Assembly (NCBI RefSeq): GCF_000146505.1
Contig: NC_017448.1
Coordinates: 1,620,001-1,652,000 of the forward strand
DNA length: 32,000 nt
Direction: 5' to 3'
Source: Fibrobacter succinogenes subsp. succinogenes S85
GTDB taxonomy: Bacteria > Fibrobacterota > Fibrobacteria > Fibrobacterales > Fibrobacteraceae
Part shown: positions 8,676 through 14,411 of the stretch, piece after piece
Numbering within the stretch: position 1 is the first letter of the stretch
How the letters are laid out: every line of letters begins with the position of its first letter
Notes under the pieces: model-generated
Told to the model about the DNA's origin: nothing
Databases searched by the model: none
The model's input: only the letters and a program-made list of their open reading frames with translations
Position numbers and translations under genes: made by a program

Positions 8676-8839
8676 TATACAGCCTCCCATTCTACATCTG
8701 AAGTACATCCGCCAGAGCAGGAGCAACGACAGCTGCACATACAGCCCGTACACTGACCTATGCAAGAACCCATAGCATTCTCTGCTGACGGCAGAACACC
8801 AAACATTTTTTCATAATCTAAAGTTGAATAGTTTACCAT
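8675..8839 (-). CDS. Cys-rich precursor-like peptide 1 (54 aa)
   Basis: Hand translation: MVNYSTLDYEKMFGVLPSAENAMGSCIGQCTGCMCSCRCSCSGGCTSDVEWEAV. AGGAG (8850..8846) lies 6 nt upstream of the ATG at 8839. It is missing from the ORF track (too short). Confidence 0.75.
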   Translation of the reverse strand: MVNYSTLDYEKMFGVLPSAENAMGSCIGQCTGCMCSCRCSCSGGCTSDVEWEAV

Positions 8840-8878
8840 AATTAACTCCTATAGCTCCCTAAATATACACTTTTTTGA

Positions 8879-8893
8879 ATCAAAACGTTTGAT
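8879..8893. promoter_or_regulatory. Palindrome ATCAAA-acg-TTTGAT upstream of the peptide operon (possible operator)
   Basis: Two 6-bp perfect arms with a 3-nt spacer, 40-55 nt upstream of the peptide 1 ATG. No promoter could be called confidently. Confidence 0.3.
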
Positions 8894-8977
8894 CGCCTGC
8901 ATTTTAAGCCATTTTTTCAGCCGACTATATAATACCTTGAATTTCAAGCGAAAACAAATATGCTACATCCCTATCAA

Positions 8978-9106
8978 ACAAGCCGGACATTGCTTATGCG
9001 GCGTCTGAGCCCCGCAGTGGGGGTGCGTGGATGGTTCGACAGGCTCACCAACCTTTTCCGCGATTCTCGGCCTGTCGAAACAGGAGCCAGGGGGATTCCT
9101 CCCCCC
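8978..9106 (+). repeat. GC-rich structured intergenic repeat, copy A
   Basis: It shares three blocks with copy C: CAAGCCGG(A/G)C, TGCGGCGnCTGAGCnCCGCAGTG (8997..9019) and GGGGGATTCCTCCCCC (9090..9106). It also has its own 10-bp-stem hairpin, ttcgacaggc...gcctgtcgaa (9035..9079). It begins exactly where the AT-rich block ends. Confidence 0.7.
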
Positions 9107-9165
9107 TTCTTGTACATTAAAGAATCTTACCCTACAATAACTAAGATTTTGCATATTGTAGGGCA

Positions 9166-9522
9166 ATGAGCGTCGTGAACGGAATATTGAAAGAAGAACT
9201 CGATCGGCTGGAAAGGCTTCAGGCGAAGTATTCTGCCATGCTCGAAGCTCTCCCCAAAGGGTCTCTGCGGAAAAAGAAAATCGGACAGAAGGTTTACTTC
9301 TACCTGGTTTCAAGAAAAAGCGACCAGGTAGTAACGGAATACCTATGTCAAGGCGACAGCCCCGAAGCAAAGTCGTTCGAGGAGCAAGATGCCAAGAGAA
9401 GGGATATCAAATCCAAGTTCAAAAGCGTAAAAGAGGACATTGCCGAAATAAGGAAGGCTATTGGAAAGTTCGCAAGAGCATCGACTTTACAAGCAAAACG
9501 ACATTCTCGGACCCATTTGTAA
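9166..9522 (+). CDS. Hypothetical protein (118 aa, coiled-coil-like and Lys-rich)
   Basis: An ORF only. It contains LPKGSLRKKKIGQKVYFYLVSRK, and I recognise no family with confidence. Confidence 0.5.
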   Translation: MSVVNGILKEELDRLERLQAKYSAMLEALPKGSLRKKKIGQKVYFYLVSRKSDQVVTEYLCQGDSPEAKSFEEQDAKRRDIKSKFKSVKEDIAEIRKAIGKFARASTLQAKRHSRTHL

Positions 9523-9596
9523 AGAAAGAGAGCTATTCCAGTTTGGAATGGGGTTGGCAAATAGCACATAAATAATGTATATTCCTATTTAGAAAC

Positions 9597-9830
9597 ATGG
9601 AGCGACCTATGGAAACCGTCCTAAACCCGACTCAATTGCATCTTCTGAAGATGTTTTCCTTTGCCAAGGATTCTAAATCCTTGGAAGAGATTCGTGTTGC
9701 CCTGACGGATGTTTTCGCCAAGCGTGTCGAGAACGGCATGGATGCTCTGTGGGAGTCCGGCGAGTGGGACAACGAAAAAAATGAAGCCGTCCTGAACGAA
9801 CACCTTCGGACGCCTTACAAGAACATATGA
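9597..9830 (+). CDS. Putative antitoxin partner of the PIN toxin (77 aa)
   Basis: A small helical protein ending ...HLRTPYKNI. Its stop overlaps the PIN start (ATGA). The true start may be the internal Met at 9609. Confidence 0.6.
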   Translation: MERPMETVLNPTQLHLLKMFSFAKDSKSLEEIRVALTDVFAKRVENGMDALWESGEWDNEKNEAVLNEHLRTPYKNI

Positions 9831-10231
9831 GAATTGTTCTTGATACAAATTGCCTTTTAGCATCCCTTTCTAAGAGGGGTGCTTATTTCAATGTCTGGCG
9901 CGGCTTACAGGAAGGCAAATACACCCTTTGCGTTTCAAATGAGATTCTTGACGAATATGAAGAGATTATTGGACAAAAGACAAATTCAATAATCGCCTTG
10001 AACGTCATCCAAACCCTATTGAACGCGCCTTCCGTAGAACTTATCGACACATTCTTCAGGTTTGACCTTATAAAGGATGATCCAGATGACAACAAGTTTG
10101 TCGACTGCGCCATTGCCGGGAATGCAACCTTCATCGTATCGAATGATTCACATTTCAGCGTTCTTCGAGAAATAGATTTTCCAAAACTAATCCTGAAGAG
10201 TTTGCAAGAATTTTCCGTCATGCTGCAATAG
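9827..10231 (+). CDS. PIN-domain toxin (type II TA system)
   Basis: The N-terminus MRIVLDTNCLL and the segment ...DDNKFVDCAIAGNATFIVSNDSHF... supply the acidic residues in the arrangement typical of PIN_3-type proteins. Confidence 0.85.
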   Translation: MRIVLDTNCLLASLSKRGAYFNVWRGLQEGKYTLCVSNEILDEYEEIIGQKTNSIIALNVIQTLLNAPSVELIDTFFRFDLIKDDPDDNKFVDCAIAGNATFIVSNDSHFSVLREIDFPKLILKSLQEFSVMLQ

Positions 10232-10354
10232 CTTCAAGCCCACAAAAAACGTCTCCCCTGGGACACTTCAACGAGAGATGCGGGGAATCCTGTTGCAACA
10301 AATATACATCTAATTATCATAACTCGCAAGAGGATTGAGTTTCCAAGCAAAAAG

Positions 10355-10521
10355 AGCCGGGCGTTACAGAAACCCCTGCGGCTCGGCCATTGCCATGCGA
10401 GCATGGCTGCGGCACTCGCCTTGCATGGTTTTGCGAGTGCGGCGCCTGAGCACCCGCAGTGAGCCTAAAGCGGCTCATCTTAATGAGCCGTGTCGGCGAG
10501 AGTGAGGCGCAAGCCGAACGG
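10355..10521 (+). repeat. GC-rich structured intergenic repeat, copy B (expanded), ending in a truncated second repeat head
   Basis: AGCCGGGCGTT is at 10355. The core TGCGGCGCCTGAGCACCCGCAGTGAG is at 10438..10463 and is identical to copy C except for one base. Several short hairpins are present. GCGAGAGTGAGGCGCAAGCCGAACG (10496..10520) resembles the 5' head of copy C. Confidence 0.65.
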
Positions 10522-10530
10522 TCTTATAAG

Positions 10531-10704
10531 GCCGCCAACTGCGTGATGAGCCAGCGGCTTCTCCGCGATGCCACCAAGTCGCCTGAACTGTTCGACAAGA
10601 GCATGAAGGTGTACCTGAACCTCGCCGAAGCCGAAGTCGCCAAGCACTACAACTTCGTGAAGAGCCTCAGCGTGGAATCAATGGAGAGCTATAAGCAGAC
10701 TTAA
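10531..10704 (+). pseudogene. Relic 3' end of an acyl-CoA dehydrogenase gene (last 57 codons plus stop)
   Basis: It translates as AANCVMSQRLLRDATKSPELFDKSMKVYLNLAEAEVAKHYNFVKSLSVESMESYKQT. The intact gene ends AANCVMTQLLLRDATKAPELFDKSMKVYLNLAEAEVAKHYNFVKSLRVESLESYKQA. Nothing upstream is acd-like. Confidence 0.88.
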
Positions 10705-10776
10705 TTAGTAGGTGACAGGCTTTAGGTTATAGGTCTTAGGCTTATAATCGCGGCTACGCCGCCTACTGACGATGTC

Positions 10777-10819
10777 ATTCCCGCCCCGTAACAAGTACGG
10801 GGTAAACTCCAGCGGGAAT
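10777..10819. other. Nested inverted repeat downstream of the acd relic
   Basis: The outer arms are attcccgc...gcgggaat and the inner hairpin is ccccgta-acaag-tacgggg. Function unknown. Confidence 0.5.
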
Positions 10820-10834
10820 CTCCTTTTACAAAAG

Positions 10835-10865
10835 AACCTCGGTGATAAACCGAGGTTTTTTCTTT
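10835..10865 (+). terminator. Rho-independent terminator downstream of the acd relic (probably the ancestral acd terminator)
   Basis: aacctcgg-tgataaa-ccgaggtt followed by tttttcttt. Confidence 0.75.
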
Positions 10866-10942
10866 AATTCATACATCACCGCGTGAATAAACACCGTTCA
10901 AGCCGCGGGCGGCCTGTTCAGATACAAGCACCTTGTAGTTCA

Positions 10943-11194
10943 TTAGATGAACCGCTTACTTAAATCGGAGAAAACATCTTCCATCGGTTTTCCACGGCCT
11001 TCTATAGCATCGGCATAACCGCGTTCCATTTTTTCTTCAAACACTTCATCCGATTCAATTAACGGAGCCATGTCAGTCTGCTCCTGTTGATACAGCAAAA
11101 ATTCGATATATCTCGAAACTTCTTCCAAAGAACTTTCTGGAAGAGACTTGATCTGATCAATTACAGTTTCATAAGACATAATAGCCTCCGCCAT
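10943..11194 (-). CDS. Antitoxin-like small protein (83 aa) with no adjacent toxin
   Basis: MSYETVIDQIKSLPESSLEEVSRYIEFLLYQQ resembles the addiction-module N-terminal helix. The C-terminal part, ...MERGYADAIEGRGKPMEDVFSDL, resembles RelB/ParD-type tails. This is recognition from memory only. Confidence 0.55.
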   Translation of the reverse strand: MAEAIMSYETVIDQIKSLPESSLEEVSRYIEFLLYQQEQTDMAPLIESDEVFEEKMERGYADAIEGRGKPMEDVFSDLSKRFI

Positions 11195-11221
11195 TAAATG
11201 TACACTAATTCAGCGAGAGAG

Positions 11222-11329
11222 ACAAGCCGGGCGTTGCGGGTGCGGCGACTGAGCACCCGCAGTGAGGGTAGCGTAAGACCCGGCCGGGGCGGGGCTGAAG
11301 CGAGGGGGATTCCTCCCCCTTCAAAAAAA
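11222..11329 (+). repeat. GC-rich structured intergenic repeat, copy C
   Basis: The head is GCGAGAGAGACAAGCCGGGCGTT. A hairpin tgcgggtgc-ggcgactga-gcacccgca spans 11245..11271. An outer pairing gccggg/cccggc is possible. The terminal block GGGGGATTCCTCCCCC is at 11314..11329. Confidence 0.7.
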
Positions 11330-11391
11330 TTTCATCCCTCGCGCTATCACCCGAAAAATTGTATAGCTTTATAAATAGATGGAGAAATTTT

Positions 11392-12267
11392 ATGGGAGCG
11401 AACAACGATTTTCAGAAGATTGATCTGAATGATTACATCCAGACGGGCGAAGGCGGGACTGCGCTCGCGTACACGCATAAGAATGGCAAATCGCTTGCAA
11501 AGTTGTACAATCCGGATTTTGACGCAAACACAATAAAAAATGAATTTTGGGCATCGCGGACGGCTTTCGAGTTGGGCATTTCTACACCGGAACCGTTTCG
11601 TTTGATTACAGACGGCAAGCGTTTTGGCGGTGAGTACGAGCTCATTGAAGGCAAGCGTTCTTTTTCGCGAATCATTTCGCAGGAGTCCGAACGGCTAGAA
11701 GAGATTTCCTTGGAATTTGCACGCATGGCACGAGAGCTCCACGCAACAAAAGCAGATACTTCGCGGCTCAAGTCTTACAAGCAGATGATTACGCAGTTCT
11801 ATTCCGAAAAGGATTTCGTACCGAAAGACTACAGAAATCGCATTCTGAAATTTTTGGATAAAGTTCCAGATACTGAGACTTGCCTCCATGGCGATTTGCA
11901 GATTGGTAATGCCATCACCGACGGAAAGAGGACTTTCTGGATTGACTTGGGTGGTTTCGGATACGGAGCTCCGGAATGGGACCTTGCACTTATGTGGAAC
12001 TTGGCGCACATGCCAGATGCGGATAAACTAGACTTTCTATTTCATCTGCCGTCAGAAACGATGAAGACCCACTGGAACATTTTCTTTTCGGCCTATCTCG
12101 GGACTAACGACAAACAGAAAATCGAAGAAGCGACCCGCCGGCTTCCGCTATTTGCTGCAGCGAAAATTCCGTACATGTTTGGAATTGCGTTCCATAAAAA
12201 TGTGCCCGAGGAATTTTTCGCTCTTCTCACTCAGATGTTAGACCAGTCAGACACAGGTAAGGAGTAA
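11392..12267 (+). CDS. Aminoglycoside/choline-kinase-like phosphotransferase (APH family fold)
   Basis: HGDLQIGN matches the HGDxxxxN catalytic loop, and WIDLGGFG is the Mg-binding D. The ATG at 11392 has GGAG 7 nt upstream, whereas the track start at 11359 is a TTG. Confidence 0.78.
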   Translation: MGANNDFQKIDLNDYIQTGEGGTALAYTHKNGKSLAKLYNPDFDANTIKNEFWASRTAFELGISTPEPFRLITDGKRFGGEYELIEGKRSFSRIISQESERLEEISLEFARMARELHATKADTSRLKSYKQMITQFYSEKDFVPKDYRNRILKFLDKVPDTETCLHGDLQIGNAITDGKRTFWIDLGGFGYGAPEWDLALMWNLAHMPDADKLDFLFHLPSETMKTHWNIFFSAYLGTNDKQKIEEATRRLPLFAAAKIPYMFGIAFHKNVPEEFFALLTQMLDQSDTGKE

Positions 12268-12269
12268 CC

Positions 12270-12899
12270 ATGAAACTCGAATTCGGTTTACAGACTCGCG
12301 AAGAACTTGACGATGCAGCAGCAATCATCGCCCGCGCTTACCAGGATTACGACTACGTCACGCTTTATTTTCCGAATGCGGAAGAACGCCGCAAGGGCTT
12401 GCACGTCTTTATGAACAGTTTGATAAAGACAAACTTCGGCAAAGCAGATCTCTTGGTCGCACATCGCGATGGCAAGTTAGTTGCTCGTGCAACATTGGAA
12501 CCGCCCGATTTCAAGCAGCCTTCGGTGTTCCAATTTTTGGCGCACGGTTTTTGGCGAGTGTATCTCACGACAAAATGGAGCCACATAAACGGCTTTTTAG
12601 CTATGGACGAAGGCGCTAGCAAGCCCTGCCACGATTACCAAAAATCCGGTCCGGGCTTTTGGTATTTGAGCATGCTAGAGGTGGACCCGTCAGCACAGGG
12701 GCAGGGCGTCGGTTCGAAATTTTTAACTTATATGGAAGAACATGTACGAGAACGCGGCGGAACGCAATTACTGCTGTTTACAAATTCAAAGGAGAATCTT
12801 GCCTTTTACAGCAAGCGAGGTTATGAAGTTTTCCACGAATGTGAAATCGAGCACAACGGCCGAAAAATCGGCAGTTGGAGCATGAAGAAGGCGCTATAG
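12270..12899 (+). CDS. GNAT-family N-acetyltransferase
   Basis: ...LEVDPSAQGQGVGSKFLTYMEE...FYSKRGYEV is GNAT motif A (QxxGxG). It starts 2 nt after the kinase stop. Confidence 0.85.
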   Translation: MKLEFGLQTREELDDAAAIIARAYQDYDYVTLYFPNAEERRKGLHVFMNSLIKTNFGKADLLVAHRDGKLVARATLEPPDFKQPSVFQFLAHGFWRVYLTTKWSHINGFLAMDEGASKPCHDYQKSGPGFWYLSMLEVDPSAQGQGVGSKFLTYMEEHVRERGGTQLLLFTNSKENLAFYSKRGYEVFHECEIEHNGRKIGSWSMKKAL

Positions 12900-13055
12900 T
12901 CACATCCGCTTTTGCATAAACAATGCCGGCCGTCCGAGTCGGTGCTTTCTTTGTTTAAGTTCTACATTCCCTTTTTTGTATTTTGAAAACAGCGTCTTAT
13001 CATTTTATTACATTTCCTTCCGTTTAACAGAAGGAAAAATTTTCAAGGAATTTTT

Positions 13056-14402
13056 ATGAACATTGCTATTGTCGGTACCGGTTACGTTGGTCTTGTTAGC
13101 GGCACTTGCTTTGCCGAAATGGGCGTCAATGTGACATGCGTCGATGTGAACCAGGCCAAGATTGAATCTCTCCAGAAGGGTGAAATTCCTATATACGAAC
13201 CGGGTCTCGACGAAATGGTACTCAGGAACCAGCGCGAAGGCCGCCTCAACTTCACGACCGACCTCGCCAGCGTTCTCAACAATGTCGAAATGGTATTCAG
13301 CGCCGTGGGTACGCCTCCGGACGAAGACGGCTCCGCCGATTTGCAGTATGTGCTCGCTGTGGCACGCACGTTCGGCCAGAACATCAAGAAGTACACCGTT
13401 CTCGTGACCAAGTCTACCGTTCCGGTCGGCACAGCCAAGAAGGTCAAGGCAGCCATCCAGGAAGAACTCGACAAGCGTGGCGTGAACGTCCCGTTCGACG
13501 TTGCAAGCAACCCAGAATTCTTGAAGGAAGGCTCCGCCATCACGGACTTCATGAAGCCGGACCGCGTTGTCGTGGGTGTCGAAAGCGAACAGGCCAAGGA
13601 ACTCATGACCCGCCTCTACCGCCCGATGATGCTCAACAACTTCCGCGTGATTTTCACGGATATCCCGAGTGCCGAAATGATCAAGTACGCCGCAAACTCC
13701 ATGCTTGCAACCCGCATCAGCTTCATGAACGACATCGCAAACTTGTGCGAACTCGTAGGCGCCGACGTGAACATGGTCCGCAAAGGCATCGGTAGCGACA
13801 CGCGTATCGGCTCAAAGTTCCTCTACCCGGGCTGCGGCTACGGTGGAAGCTGCTTCCCGAAGGACGTGAAGGCTCTCATCAAGACCGCCGAAAAGAATGG
13901 CTACAAGATGGGCGTTCTCAAGGCCGTTGAAGAAGTCAACGAATACCAGAAAACCGTACTCTTCCACAAGCTCGCCAAGCGCTTCGGCGGTGAAGCCAAC
14001 CTCAAAGGCAAGACCATTGCCATGTGGGGCCTCGCCTTTAAGCCCGAAACCGACGACATGCGCGAAGCGACCGCACTCGTGCTCATCGACCTCTTGACCA
14101 AGGCCGGTGCAACAATCCGCGTGTATGACCCGGTCGCCATGAACGAATGCAAGCGCCGCATGGCAGCACGCCCCGACGCAGCAACAATCGCAAGCCAAAT
14201 CGTTTACTGCAACGACATGTACGAAGCGCTCCTCGACGCAGACGCCCTCCTCCTCGTGACTGAATGGAAGCAGTTCCGCATGCCGAGTTTCGGCGTGATG
14301 AAGAAGTCCATGAAGAACGCCCTCATCATCGACGGCCGCAACATCTACGACGCGAAGGAACTCGCCGACGCCGGCTTTGAATACAGCGCCATCGGTTGCT
14401 AA
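13056..14402 (+). CDS. ugd: UDP-glucose 6-dehydrogenase
   Basis: The Rossmann N-terminus is MNIAIVGTGYVGLVSG, the catalytic-Cys motif is GYGGSCFPKD, and the length is 448 aa. Confidence 0.93.
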   Translation: MNIAIVGTGYVGLVSGTCFAEMGVNVTCVDVNQAKIESLQKGEIPIYEPGLDEMVLRNQREGRLNFTTDLASVLNNVEMVFSAVGTPPDEDGSADLQYVLAVARTFGQNIKKYTVLVTKSTVPVGTAKKVKAAIQEELDKRGVNVPFDVASNPEFLKEGSAITDFMKPDRVVVGVESEQAKELMTRLYRPMMLNNFRVIFTDIPSAEMIKYAANSMLATRISFMNDIANLCELVGADVNMVRKGIGSDTRIGSKFLYPGCGYGGSCFPKDVKALIKTAEKNGYKMGVLKAVEEVNEYQKTVLFHKLAKRFGGEANLKGKTIAMWGLAFKPETDDMREATALVLIDLLTKAGATIRVYDPVAMNECKRRMAARPDAATIASQIVYCNDMYEALLDADALLLVTEWKQFRMPSFGVMKKSMKNALIIDGRNIYDAKELADAGFEYSAIGC

Positions 14403-14411
14403 GGAATTTCC

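Noticed and set aside
8505-8765. The 86-aa minus-strand ORF from the track (MHRSVYGLYVQLSLLLLWRMYFRCRMGGCIMSVTVYQ...)
   Set aside because: Its first roughly 30 codons overlap peptide 1 out of frame and have no RBS. An internal ATG at 8675 has GGGAGG upstream and yields a product that aligns end to end with peptide 1. I modelled it as two small genes instead.
8853-8960. A sigma-70-type promoter call for the peptide operon
   Set aside because: The TTGAAA/TTGATT and TATA-like hexamers present have 10-12-nt spacings rather than about 17 nt, and the host promoter rules are unknown. I recorded only the palindrome at 8879..8893.
9026-9050. The GGTTCGAC segment in repeat A as a tRNA T-arm
   Set aside because: There is no acceptor stem, anticodon arm or GTTCGAATC-type loop context. 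The segment is the 5' arm of a long hairpin within the repeat.
8960-9370. ORFs 8960..9169 (+), 8963..9370 (-) and 11205..11405 (-) spanning the GC-rich repeats
   Set aside because: They run through repeat copies A and C. Their translations are low-complexity, they share no protein-level similarity across copies in a consistent frame, and they overlap better-supported genes.
4839-10530. Labelling the bracketed segment a defined mobile element (ICE, prophage or transposon)
   Set aside because: No integrase, transposase, relaxase or phage gene is visible, and the flanking repeats are only about 88% identical. I report it as an accessory region of unclear mobility.
10459-10704. The 81-aa ORF as a real small gene
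   Set aside because: Only its C-terminal 57 residues are meaningful (the acd tail). The N-terminal part reads through repeat B. I called it a pseudogene relic.
8978-11329. Calling the repeats integron attC sites (a cassette array without an integrase)
   Set aside because: I could not find the RYYYAAC...GTTRRRY core pair or an overall imperfect palindrome. Cassette orientation is mixed and no intI is present. I kept it only as a hypothesis to test with the attC covariance model.
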